DNA of 31,438 bases from a virus (lineage: Duplodnaviria > Caudoviricetes), in the IMG/VR virus record IMGVR_UViG_3300012863_000020, positions 1-31,438 of that record. One strand, 5' to 3'. Shown in pieces: positions 15,704 through 24,964 of this stretch. How positions within the stretch are numbered: the stretch's first letter is position 1; every line of letters begins with the position of its first letter. A model generated the notes under the pieces. It searched no databases, was not told the origin of the DNA, and was given only the letters and a program-made list of their open reading frames with translations. A program made the position numbers and the translations under genes.

Positions 15704-18568
15704 GTGAGCACACGCTCGCGTGACGTCCGCGTCAACATCACGTCGGAGCACGACGAGCGTGGGTTCAAGTCGGCCGAGCAGTCGGCCAAGGTCCTCGAGC
15801 GTGAGCTGAACAAGCTCGAGCAGCAGCAGCGCCGCCAGGTGCAGATGCAGACGCAGGCCGCGCGCGAGATGGCCCACGCGGAGGCGCAGAAGGCCGCGGC
15901 GATCGTCGAGGCGAACCGCCGCCAGGCCGACGCGATGCAGTCCGCCGGCCGCGTCCTGCTCGGTGTCTCGACTGCGGTCGCGGTCGGTCTGGGGCTCACC
16001 GCGAAGGCGGCGATGGACTGGGAGTCCGCGTGGGCGGGCGTCACGAAGACGGTCGACGGGTCTCCCGAGCAGATGGCCGCTCTCGAGCAGCAGCTGCGCA
16101 ACCTCGCACGCACCCTGCCTGCGACGCACGAGGAGATCGCCGGTGTCGCGGAGGCGGCCGGCCAGCTCGGCGTGCGCCGCCAGGACGTCGCAGCCTTCAC
16201 CAAGACGATGATCGATCTCGGTGAGACGACCAACCTGAGCGCCGACGAGGCGGCCACGTCCCTCGCGCAGCTCTCGAACATCATGGGCGTCTCCGCGCGG
16301 AGCGCGAGCCAGCTCGGCTCCACGCTCGTCGCGCTCGGCAACGACGGCGCGTCGACCGAGCGGGACATCGTCAGCATGAGCCTGCGGATCGCCGGTGCCG
16401 GCCGCACGGTCGGTCTGACCGCCCCGCAGGTCATGGGCCTGGCGTCCGCTCTGTCGTCGGTCGGCATCGAGGCCGAGGCCGGCGGTACGGCGATCTCGCG
16501 GGTCATGCTGCAGATCAACAAGGACGTCGACGCCGGCTCCGACACGCTCGAGGGGTACGCCCACGTCGCCGGCATGACCGCCGACGAGTTCGCCCGCAAG
16601 TGGAAGGCCGAGCCGGCCGAGGCGCTCGACGCGTTCATCCGGGGCCTCGGCCGCATGCAGGCCCAGGGCCTGAACACCACGGCGATGCTCGACGACCTGG
16701 GCTTCAAGGAGGTCCGGGTCTCCGATGCTCTGCGCCGTGCGTCCCTGGCCGGTGACCTGCTGACCGAGTCTCTGCGGACCGGCTCCGCGGCCTTCGACGA
16801 GAACATCGCCTTGGTCGAGGAGGCCAACAAGCGGTACGCGACGACCGAGTCGCGCCTGCAGATGGCCCGCAACGAGATCAACGACGCGGCGATCGACATC
16901 GGCGGGAACCTCCTGCCGGCGCTCGCGGGCGCGGCCGACGGCGTCGCCTCGCTCGCCGCCGGGTTCGGGTCTCTGTCCCCCGAGGTGCAGGGCGCGGTCA
17001 CGAAGTTCGGCGCGGCCGCCGCGGGTGTCGCCGGCATCACCGGCACCGCGGCGATCGGGATCCCGAAGCTCGCCGAGCTCGCACGCACTATCACCGACCT
17101 GCGCGGCGGGTCCTCGCTGCTGGGCCGCGCACTCGGCGGCACGGCAGCCGTGCTGGCCGGACCCTGGGGCCTCGCCATCGCGGCGGCGACGTTCGGGATC
17201 GGCGTGTGGCTCATGAAGCAGGGCGAGGCTCGTCGTCGCATCGACGAGCTGACAGCCTCGATCGACGAGAACACCGGGGCGTGGAGCGACCTGTCACGGG
17301 AGATCGTGTTCTCGGACCTGCTCGAGTCCGGGGTGATCGACGCGGCCAAGGCTGCCGGCCTCTCGCTCGAGACGGTGCTCGACGCCGCCCTCGGCTCGAC
17401 GGCGGCGTACAAGGAGCTCGAGAAGCAGGTCAACGCGACGTACGACGCGCTCGCAGCGTCGCCAGCGACCTATGACCCGAAGTTCGCTCAGGACGCGTAC
17501 GAGGTCCTCGAGGGACTGCGGTCGAAGTCGGAAGAGGCGGAGAAGGCGCAGGCCGCGTACCAGCTGCGGGTGGAGGCCGGTCTCGGTCCCACGGACGAGG
17601 CGACCGCCGCGACCCAGGAGTTCAGCGGCGCGCTCGAGCAGGGCAAGTCCGCGGCCGACGAAGCGGCCGACGCGCTCGACCTGCTGTCCAAGGCGCTCGA
17701 CAACCTCAACGACCCGACCCTCGACGCCCGTGACGCCGAGCGACGGTTCCAGGAGGCGATCGACGACGTCACGGACTCGATCAAGGACAACGGCGTCGAG
17801 CTCGACCTGAACACGCAGAAGGGACGCGCGAACGAGGCAGCGCTCGACTCCCTCGCCCGCGCCGGCGCACGTCGTGCGCAGGCCCTGCTCGAGCAGACCG
17901 GCTCCGAGGAGCAGTTCCGCGCGTCCCTCGAGCAGAGCCGGCAGGCCCTGTACGAGGCCGCGCTGCAGTTCGGGCTGTCCGAGGAGGCGGCGTGGGCCTA
18001 CGTGGACCAGGTCCTCAAGGTCCCGCCGGTCGTCCAGACCGACGTCATCGCCGATACGGGCCCTGCGCAGCGGGCCATCGACCAGGTGATCCGGTACAAC
18101 ACCGGCCGCCAGATCCCGCTGACGATCCACACGAACGGGAACCTCACCCCGTACGTGCAGGGGTACGACAGCGGCGGGTGGACCGGACCTGGCGGCAAGT
18201 ACCAGCTCGCCGGCGTCGTGCACGCCGACGAGCACGTCATCCGCAAGGAGTCGCGCGCGTCGATCGAGCAGGTCGCACCGGGGTACCTCGAGGCGCTCAA
18301 CCGCCAGGGCGCCGCGGCGCTGCGCAACATCGGCGACGTCGCGTCGCGCGTCGGTGGTGTGTACGTGCGCGGCTCGACCGGCGCCGCGCTGCTCGCCTCG
18401 TCTCGAGGCGCCAGCGCCACCAGCACCCCGCCCGCGCCGATCGCCGTGCGCATCGACCAGGTCAACACGCGCGACTCGGCGGACGCGATCGCCGACGGCC
18501 TCATGACCAAGGCCCGTGACGCGCTCGCGGTGCACGGCCTGGTGAACCTGGCAGGAGGCCTCGCGTGA
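15704..18568 (+). CDS. Tape measure protein
   Basis: 954 aa, Ala-rich helical; AMDWESAWAGVTKTVD (TP901-type), central hydrophobic stretch, GGWTGPGGKYQLAGVVHADE C-terminal motif. Confidence 0.95.
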   Translation: MSTRSRDVRVNITSEHDERGFKSAEQSAKVLERELNKLEQQQRRQVQMQTQAAREMAHAEAQKAAAIVEANRRQADAMQSAGRVLLGVSTAVAVGLGLTAKAAMDWESAWAGVTKTVDGSPEQMAALEQQLRNLARTLPATHEEIAGVAEAAGQLGVRRQDVAAFTKTMIDLGETTNLSADEAATSLAQLSNIMGVSARSASQLGSTLVALGNDGASTERDIVSMSLRIAGAGRTVGLTAPQVMGLASALSSVGIEAEAGGTAISRVMLQINKDVDAGSDTLEGYAHVAGMTADEFARKWKAEPAEALDAFIRGLGRMQAQGLNTTAMLDDLGFKEVRVSDALRRASLAGDLLTESLRTGSAAFDENIALVEEANKRYATTESRLQMARNEINDAAIDIGGNLLPALAGAADGVASLAAGFGSLSPEVQGAVTKFGAAAAGVAGITGTAAIGIPKLAELARTITDLRGGSSLLGRALGGTAAVLAGPWGLAIAAATFGIGVWLMKQGEARRRIDELTASIDENTGAWSDLSREIVFSDLLESGVIDAAKAAGLSLETVLDAALGSTAAYKELEKQVNATYDALAASPATYDPKFAQDAYEVLEGLRSKSEEAEKAQAAYQLRVEAGLGPTDEATAATQEFSGALEQGKSAADEAADALDLLSKALDNLNDPTLDARDAERRFQEAIDDVTDSIKDNGVELDLNTQKGRANEAALDSLARAGARRAQALLEQTGSEEQFRASLEQSRQALYEAALQFGLSEEAAWAYVDQVLKVPPVVQTDVIADTGPAQRAIDQVIRYNTGRQIPLTIHTNGNLTPYVQGYDSGGWTGPGGKYQLAGVVHADEHVIRKESRASIEQVAPGYLEALNRQGAAALRNIGDVASRVGGVYVRGSTGAALLASSRGASATSTPPAPIAVRIDQVNTRDSADAIADGLMTKARDALAVHGLVNLAGGLA

Positions 18569-19563
18569 ACCGCATCGTCTACGCGGTCCCCTACGTGCCA
18601 CCGGCCCCTCCGGTCGACGCATGGCGGGGCATCGCGCAGCGGTGGGAGTCCCCGGACGGCTCAGTCTGGTCGCTGTCCGGGGATGCACCGTCCGGCATCC
18701 GCCTGATGCCGGGCGTCCGGGGCCTGACCGAGCCGCCGCGCGAGCAGTTCGTCGACGAGACCGCGGGCGTCGCCGGCGGTCGGTGGCGCGGGCACCGGGA
18801 CCGGGTGCGGGACGTGTTCTGGCCGGTCTCGGTGTGGCAGGACACGGACTCCGAGGCGTGGCTGGACTACGACGCAGCGTGGTCGCGGTCCCTCGACCCG
18901 GACGTCCCGGGGCGGTGGGTCGTGACGCACCCGTCCGGCTCCGAGCGGCACCTGCTGGTGCGGTTCGCGTCGGACGGCAACCCGGCGTGGGACCTCGCAC
19001 CGGGACTCCTCGAGTGGGCGTCGTACGGGATCACGATGCTGGCGGTCGACCCGTACTGGCGTGGTCTGACGGTCACGCAGTCGTGGTCGGGTGGGGACGC
19101 GGCACCTGAGGACTTCGTCGGGCACCCGCTGTACATCTCGGAGGGCTCGACGCTCGCGACGGCGGAGGTCACGAACCCGGGTGACATGACAGCGCACCCG
19201 GTGTGGTGGGTGCAGGACGTCGACGCGGTGGACGTGACGGTCGCGGGACAGGTGATCGAGGTCCCGGCGGTCGGCGAGGACCGGCTGCTGGTCGTCGACG
19301 CGGATCCGACCGCGCTGTCGGCGGTCGAGGTCGACGCCCCGCCGGCGACGTCGCCGGTGACCGGTGCTCCGATGAGCGACGGCGAGCGTGAGGCGTGGGT
19401 GGCCGAGCGGCTGCCCGGTGGTGTGGACCGCACGGTCGAGCTGGGGGCGGGCACCACGTGGGGTGCGCTGCCGGCGCGCGCCACGACGCAGGTGGGGATC
19501 GCGATGAGCGGGACGGGCACGGTGGGCGTGCGGTTCGTCCCGAGGTACCGGAGGGCGTGGTGA
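18565..19563 (+). CDS. Distal tail (Dit-like) protein
   Basis: First gene after the tape measure; AVDPYWRG, VTNPGD..AHPVW. Confidence 0.8.
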   Translation: MNRIVYAVPYVPPAPPVDAWRGIAQRWESPDGSVWSLSGDAPSGIRLMPGVRGLTEPPREQFVDETAGVAGGRWRGHRDRVRDVFWPVSVWQDTDSEAWLDYDAAWSRSLDPDVPGRWVVTHPSGSERHLLVRFASDGNPAWDLAPGLLEWASYGITMLAVDPYWRGLTVTQSWSGGDAAPEDFVGHPLYISEGSTLATAEVTNPGDMTAHPVWWVQDVDAVDVTVAGQVIEVPAVGEDRLLVVDADPTALSAVEVDAPPATSPVTGAPMSDGEREAWVAERLPGGVDRTVELGAGTTWGALPARATTQVGIAMSGTGTVGVRFVPRYRRAW

Positions 19564-20696
19564 GCGACGACGAGGTCGTCGTGGAGGTGTGGGACAAGAC
19601 CCGCACGCAGCGGGTGTGGATCGGTGACCCGATCCGCCTGACGGCCACCCCGAGGCACAACCAACAGCCCACGGGTGCGATCACGATCCCGCTGGACCAC
19701 GGTCGGTTCGGGCCCCTGCAGACCCCTGGTGCGCGGGTCGTGGTCCGGTACCGCGACGAGCACCTGCTCGGTGGGCCGGTCCGCTCGATGCGCACCGAGG
19801 GCGGCGCGCTGGACCGGCGCGCGATCTTCGAGATCGAGGACGACTGGCGGCTGCTGACGCGGCTGCTGGCGTGGCAGGTCCCGGCCGCGGCGATCACGGC
19901 GCAGTCGGGCGCGGAGCACCACGTGGTCACCGGCCCGGCCGAGACGGTCGTCAAGACCTTGCTCGGTGCGGCGATCACCCGCACCGGCGCGCCGATCACG
20001 GTCGCGACGGACCAGGGTCGCGGCGAGGTGATCACGGTGCGGGCCCGCATGGCCCGGCCCGCGGACGTGCTACTGCCGCTGATCGACCAGGCCGGGATCG
20101 GTGTGACGGTCCAGCAGACCGGCGCCGGGTGGGTCCTGGACGTGTACGAGCCGTCGACGTGGCCGGGGGTCCTGTCGGAGGCCGGCGGCACCCTGGTCGA
20201 CCTGTCGTGGTCGCGCACGGCACCGACCGCGACGCGTGTCGTGCTCGGCGCCGACGGCGAGGGCACCGACCGGACGTTCCGTGCTCTGGTCGACTCGGCA
20301 CTCGAGACGCAGTGGGGCGACGTCGTCGAGGTCTTCGTCGACGCCCGGGACCTGAAGTCCGCCGACGGCGGGTTCACCGACGCGGCGACCACACGCATGG
20401 CGGCCGCGCTGGCGGCCGGCGCCCCGCTGACGGGCCTGTCCGTGTCCCTCGCGGAGGCCGGGCGGTTCCGCTACGGCGGTGCGTCCGGGGTGCACGTCGG
20501 GGACCTCGTGGCCGTCGAGCTGACACCGGGGGCTGCCCCGGTCACGGACGTGCTGCGCTCGGCGACCCTCACGTGGGACCGGACCGGTGCCCGTGTCACC
20601 CCCGTCGTCGGTGAGCGCCGCGACGACCCCGACGAGGCCACGGCGCGCGCGATCGCGGCCGCGCACCAGGCGATCCGAGTAGAGCAGAGGAGATGA
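19560..20696 (+). CDS. Minor tail / baseplate hub protein (ReqiPepy6 gp37-like)
   Basis: TGPAETVVK, ATRVVLGADGEG, EVFVDARD, FRYG...VGDLV; synteny. Confidence 0.8.
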   Translation: MSDDEVVVEVWDKTRTQRVWIGDPIRLTATPRHNQQPTGAITIPLDHGRFGPLQTPGARVVVRYRDEHLLGGPVRSMRTEGGALDRRAIFEIEDDWRLLTRLLAWQVPAAAITAQSGAEHHVVTGPAETVVKTLLGAAITRTGAPITVATDQGRGEVITVRARMARPADVLLPLIDQAGIGVTVQQTGAGWVLDVYEPSTWPGVLSEAGGTLVDLSWSRTAPTATRVVLGADGEGTDRTFRALVDSALETQWGDVVEVFVDARDLKSADGGFTDAATTRMAAALAAGAPLTGLSVSLAEAGRFRYGGASGVHVGDLVAVELTPGAAPVTDVLRSATLTWDRTGARVTPVVGERRDDPDEATARAIAAAHQAIRVEQRR

Positions 20697-20700
20697 CCGC

Positions 20701-21639
20701 ATGGCGATCACGTCCATCGGGTACGGCGGGCCGGTCAACGAGGCGCAGGTGCCGACCTGGGCGCGCGCGCTCGGCGGCCTGGACTACGCGGTCATGGACG
20801 CGGCCGCGTGGAAGGTCACCGCGGTCGGTGCGGCGGCCCGCACCGTGCAGGTCGCCGCAGGTCGGGGCGTCGGGCGCGGGATCTACGACGTGTCGGACGA
20901 GCCCGTGCAGGTCGTCCTGCCGAACCCGGCGTCCGGTCAGCTGTGGCACCTGGTCGTGGCCCGCCGCGACACCACCGCCCCCGGCGGCACGACGACGTTC
21001 ACCTACGCCGACGGCGCGGCCGACCCGTGGGCGGCGCTGGCGCTGCGGCACACGTTCGAGACGACCGCGGGAATCACTGACGACCAGCCGCTCGCGCTGG
21101 TGCGGGTCCAGAAGGACACCGCCGCGATCGTGCAGGTCCAGCCCATGCGGTGCTGGCAGGCCAACGGCGGCACGGTCGGCGAGTCCGACTACGTGCGGGG
21201 GTACCTCGAGCGTGAGGGCACCCAGATGTGGGTCGGCCGGGACCTGTGGGTCCGTGGGGTGACCGCCGCCGGCGCCGCCGAGTGGGTCCGCACACTGCTG
21301 CAGCGGCCGGTGAACCTGCTCGCGGCCGGGTCGGCGATCGCAGGCGGTGCGCTCCCGGCGGGGGTGCCGGTCATGGTCCAGGCAGGCACCCACGTCGGCA
21401 CGACCGACGCCAACGGCTTCGCGATCCTGAACCTGCCGACGCCGTTTCCGAACGGGCTGCTCACAGCGGTCCTGTCCTCCGGTGACGGTCAGGCCACCGG
21501 CTCCACAGTGTTCCAGGTGTCGCAGACGTCGGGCACCGGGTCGAACCGCACCCGCGTCGTCTACGCGGCGTACAGCCCTCCGAACAACCGGCGGCCGAAC
21601 ATCCTGCACCGGGTCAACTGGGTCGCGTTCGGCTGGTGA
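20701..21639 (+). CDS. Minor tail / receptor-binding protein
   Basis: Baseplate-like N-terminus; C-terminal VQAG...PTPFPNG...VNWVAFGW typical of fibre C-terminal domains. Confidence 0.75.
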   Translation: MAITSIGYGGPVNEAQVPTWARALGGLDYAVMDAAAWKVTAVGAAARTVQVAAGRGVGRGIYDVSDEPVQVVLPNPASGQLWHLVVARRDTTAPGGTTTFTYADGAADPWAALALRHTFETTAGITDDQPLALVRVQKDTAAIVQVQPMRCWQANGGTVGESDYVRGYLEREGTQMWVGRDLWVRGVTAAGAAEWVRTLLQRPVNLLAAGSAIAGGALPAGVPVMVQAGTHVGTTDANGFAILNLPTPFPNGLLTAVLSSGDGQATGSTVFQVSQTSGTGSNRTRVVYAAYSPPNNRRPNILHRVNWVAFGW

Positions 21640-21662
21640 CCCCCACCACGAGGAGACCGCTG

Positions 21663-21839
21663 ATGCGTCAGGACGACCCGGCCACCCTGCCCGCGATCGA
21701 CGACCCGCCCAAGAGTGGTGTGTTCGTCGACCACGAGGAGTTCTTCCTCGCCCCGACGCCGGAGGAGATCGCCGAGGGCAACCGCCTCGGCGAGGCCATC
21801 GACGTCAACGACGACCTCGACAACGGCCTGACCTCGTGA
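21663..21839 (+). CDS. Small acidic protein upstream of endolysin
   Basis: GAGGAG RBS then ATG 21663; stop overlaps the endolysin GTG. Confidence 0.6.
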   Translation: MRQDDPATLPAIDDPPKSGVFVDHEEFFLAPTPEEIAEGNRLGEAIDVNDDLDNGLTS

Positions 21840-22933
21840 GCCAGGCCCAGGCGCTCGCCGCGGCGCAGTCCCTCGCGGCCCACCTGCAGCGCCGAGGCAT
21901 CCGCGTCTCGATCGAGCTGCAGCCCGGCGTCGCCGGGTCCGGGTGGTACTCGTCCACGACGCGCGTCGCCGAGATGAGCCACCACACCGTGTCCCGCCGC
22001 TCGCAGGGCAACACGCCCGTGCTGGCCCTCGTGAAGCGCGGACGCCCCGACGTGCCGGGCCCGCTGTGCAACGGCTACATGGGCTTCGACGAGGTGTACC
22101 GCATCATCACGGTGGGCTGGGCGAACCACCCCGGCGCCGGCGGCCCCCTGACCGTGGCCGGCCGGACGATCCCCAAGAACAACGCGCGCCCCTACGTGTG
22201 GGGCACCGAGTACGAGGGCGGCCTCGTCGTGGCCGACTTCACCCCGTCGTACCGCTCGGCGATGGCCCGCGCCAATGCCGCGATCCTCGAGTGGCTCGGC
22301 CGGCCCGTCGAGGCGCACATCGAGCACGCCACCTGGGCGCCGGGACGCAAGGTCGACCGCCTCGGGTACACCGCCGCCGCGGGCCAGGCCGAGATCCGCG
22401 CGGCCCAGCTCGCGACCCTCCCACCCCACGTCAAGGAGCCCGTCATGGCCGGTCCCGTGCGCCTGAACCTCAACGGCGCCATCCACTTCGTCGACGTCGC
22501 CACCGGCACCTTCGTGCACATCCCCAACCCCGAGTACAACACCGCGCTCGGCGAGGGCCTCGGCGGGCGACTGGTCGAGGTCAACCAGCGCCAGTTCGAC
22601 GTGATCGGCGACTTCTGCGCCCGGGTGCGCGCGCAGCACGCCGCGTTCAACTCGACTGACCGCAGCAAGGTCGACCAGGTCTACGAGTGGACCAAGGGCA
22701 TGCACCCGAACGTCCAGACCCGTCTGCCTCTGGTGCACACAGCTGTCGAGGCGATCGGAGCCGCCGTCGCGAAGCTCGACGAGCTCGACGTCGAGCCGGT
22801 CGTGGCAGCTCTCGTACCGGCAGTGGTCGACGCGCTCGCCAGCCGGAGCGGCATCACCGTCGAGCAGGTCCGCGCGGCGGCCGAGCAGGCGGTGCGCACG
22901 GTCCTGCGCGACGGCGTCGACGCCACCGCGTGA
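21836..22933 (+). CDS. Endolysin, Zn-dependent N-acetylmuramoyl-L-alanine amidase (Amidase_2-like)
   Basis: HHT, GRPDVPGPLCN, ANHPGAG, GTEYE, HATWAPGRKVD motifs; followed by membrane proteins. Confidence 0.88.
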   Translation: MSQAQALAAAQSLAAHLQRRGIRVSIELQPGVAGSGWYSSTTRVAEMSHHTVSRRSQGNTPVLALVKRGRPDVPGPLCNGYMGFDEVYRIITVGWANHPGAGGPLTVAGRTIPKNNARPYVWGTEYEGGLVVADFTPSYRSAMARANAAILEWLGRPVEAHIEHATWAPGRKVDRLGYTAAAGQAEIRAAQLATLPPHVKEPVMAGPVRLNLNGAIHFVDVATGTFVHIPNPEYNTALGEGLGGRLVEVNQRQFDVIGDFCARVRAQHAAFNSTDRSKVDQVYEWTKGMHPNVQTRLPLVHTAVEAIGAAVAKLDELDVEPVVAALVPAVVDALASRSGITVEQVRAAAEQAVRTVLRDGVDATA

Positions 22934-23394
22934 TGCCCGACCGCATCGTGCGCGGCATCAACGGCCCGCGCGGAACGGTCCTGCTGGCCGGCGGGCTCCT
23001 GGCTGCCATCCACGTGATGTCGTGCCTGCCGGCCGGGACCGACGGCCAGCGGCTGCCGCTGGGCCTCGAGCTGCTCAACCAGGCCGTCCCGCTGGTCGTG
23101 TACGCCCTGGTGTGGGCCGTCCCGGCCGCCCTGGCCGGCTGGGCGGCGTTCCGCGGCCGCCACGGCCAGGTGCGCCGCCGCACCGACGTCGCCGCGTTCG
23201 GGACCCTCACCGGGGTCCTGGCCCTGTGGTCCGGCACCTACGTCCTGGGGTGGGTCTTTGACCCCCACCCGTCACGGGCGTGGATCGGCGTGGGGATCTA
23301 CCTCGCGCTGGCCGGGATGGTCGCCGGCGCCGGTCGCATGCTCAACCCCAACCCGGACCACATGGCCGCGCGACGAAGGGGCCGGGTGTCGTGA
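22933..23394 (+). CDS. Four-TM membrane protein of the lysis cassette
   Basis: Four hydrophobic segments, basic C-terminus, TGATG overlap. Confidence 0.75.
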   Translation: MPDRIVRGINGPRGTVLLAGGLLAAIHVMSCLPAGTDGQRLPLGLELLNQAVPLVVYALVWAVPAALAGWAAFRGRHGQVRRRTDVAAFGTLTGVLALWSGTYVLGWVFDPHPSRAWIGVGIYLALAGMVAGAGRMLNPNPDHMAARRRGRVS

Positions 23395-23621
23395 GCGATG
23401 GAGCCCTGATCGCGCTCATCACGTCGGGGCTCGCGACCATCGCGACCGTCGTCGCGGCCGCGCTGGCCCGCCTGTCCCACCGCGACGGCGGACTCGAGAC
23501 CCGCGCCCAGCGCCTCGAGCGGGAGAACCGCGCCCTGAACGACTACTGCGGCGCCCTGCGCGCCGAGGCACGCAACCACGGCCACGAGCCCCTGCCGTGG
23601 CCCACCACCCTCACCAACTGA
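23391..23621 (+). CDS. Single-TM plus coiled-coil lysis accessory protein
   Basis: N-terminal TM then RAQRLERENRALNDY; GTGA overlap. Confidence 0.75.
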   Translation: MSDGALIALITSGLATIATVVAAALARLSHRDGGLETRAQRLERENRALNDYCGALRAEARNHGHEPLPWPTTLTN

Positions 23622-23638
23622 CCCACGGAGGTCCCCTG

Positions 23639-24043
23639 ATGTCCGCTCGTGCCCTGCTCACCATCGACTGGTGGACCGCCGCCGGTCAGCGCGCCGCGTA
23701 CACGGCGCTGGTCGTCCTGCTGCCCTACGCCGCGCTGGTGTCCACCGGCCAGGTGCCCGTCGTCGAGGCGCTGCTGGCCGTCGCGCTCGCGGTCGTGGCG
23801 TCCCTGGCGACGTCGGCGGCCGGCCTGCCCGAGGTCGACGGACGTGACGTGCCCCTCGTCCTGGCGGTCCTGGTGCGGGTCGTCAAGACCGCGGCGCAGA
23901 CCGTCGTCGCGGCGCTGGGGTCCGCGGTCCTGCTCACCGACGTCGACTGGCACACCGTGTGGCTCGCGGTCGCCGCCGCCGCGCTCGGCACGCTGATCCG
24001 CACCCTGCTGGTGTACCTGCCCGAGACCACGGCCACCGAGTAG
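23639..24043 (+). CDS. Holin, r1t-like, apparently internally duplicated
   Basis: WWTAAGQRAAYTA...SLATSAAGLPEV followed by RVVKTAAQTVVAALG...DVDW; GGAGG RBS. Confidence 0.8.
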   Translation: MSARALLTIDWWTAAGQRAAYTALVVLLPYAALVSTGQVPVVEALLAVALAVVASLATSAAGLPEVDGRDVPLVLAVLVRVVKTAAQTVVAALGSAVLLTDVDWHTVWLAVAAAALGTLIRTLLVYLPETTATE

Positions 24044-24049
24044 CGAGCC

Positions 24050-24313
24050 GTGGACGTCCCGGCGTGCGCGCACCGCTGCGAGACGGTGCAGGCCCGTGTC
24101 CTGCAGATCGTCCGGCTGACCGGTCAGGACCCCGCGGTCGTGCGCCTGGCCGGCGGCATGACCCGCGAGTACGTGCCGCCGGTCCCACCGCGCGCCGCGG
24201 CCCCGGCCACTGCCCGGTGCGCCGCCTGCGGGCACCTGTACGGCGGCCCGGGAGCCGTCACGACCGCGCGCGAGTGCGCGGACCTCGACACCGGCACCAC
24301 CGACCAGGACTAG
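24050..24313 (+). CDS. Small Cys-motif hypothetical protein
   Basis: CAACGHLY...AREC; the start could instead be the internal ATG near 24158. Confidence 0.5.
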   Translation: MDVPACAHRCETVQARVLQIVRLTGQDPAVVRLAGGMTREYVPPVPPRAAAPATARCAACGHLYGGPGAVTTARECADLDTGTTDQD

Positions 24314-24324
24314 GAGGAGGACTC

Positions 24325-24963
24325 GTGGCCTTCGTGTTCGACGGGCTCGTCGCGATCAACCCCGACACCAACCTGCCCGAACCCAACGGCGCCGGGCAGG
24401 TGTACGCGCTCGCGGACGAGTCGCTGACGACACCGCTGACGGTGACCGACCTGTCGGGCGCCCCGATGACGGGGGTCAACTCCGGGCCGCTGGGGCTGGT
24501 GCAGACGTTCGTGCACCCGACCGAGGCGCGCGTGCAGTGGGTGTCCGGTGGGGTGCGGGTCGTGCTGTCGTCCCTGGACGGCCTCATCGCCGCCGTCGCG
24601 GCCGCGCAAGGCGCCGCGCTGGCCTCGTCGCAGGCGGCCGCGCAGGCCTCGGCGGACCTGCAGACGTACATCACGACGTACCCCGGCTCGGGGCGCGTCA
24701 TCGAGGACGGGACGGTCGCCGAGCTGATCGTCGACGAGGACTCGGCCACGCACGCGGCGGTCATCTCCGTGGCCGGGGCGGCCGGCGGCGGGGACGCGCT
24801 GGCCTCGGACCTGTACGCGGTGCGCAAGCGCACCTCCGGCGGGTCCGGCCCGTGGGAGCCGGCGAACCGCGGGAACTTCGCGGGCATCATGTGGGTGGGG
24901 GTCGACCCGTCGTCGGTCGAGCAGCTGCCCGGGGACATCCGCTACGTCCCGGTGGACGGCTGA
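24325..24963 (+). CDS. Putative fibre/spike anchor protein
   Basis: AGGAGGAGG RBS; beta-rich N-terminus, Ala-rich coil, DGTVAELIVDEDSATHAAV segment resembling actinophage fibre N-terminal regions. Confidence 0.6.
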   Translation: MAFVFDGLVAINPDTNLPEPNGAGQVYALADESLTTPLTVTDLSGAPMTGVNSGPLGLVQTFVHPTEARVQWVSGGVRVVLSSLDGLIAAVAAAQGAALASSQAAAQASADLQTYITTYPGSGRVIEDGTVAELIVDEDSATHAAVISVAGAAGGGDALASDLYAVRKRTSGGSGPWEPANRGNFAGIMWVGVDPSSVEQLPGDIRYVPVDG

Positions 24964-24964
24964 G

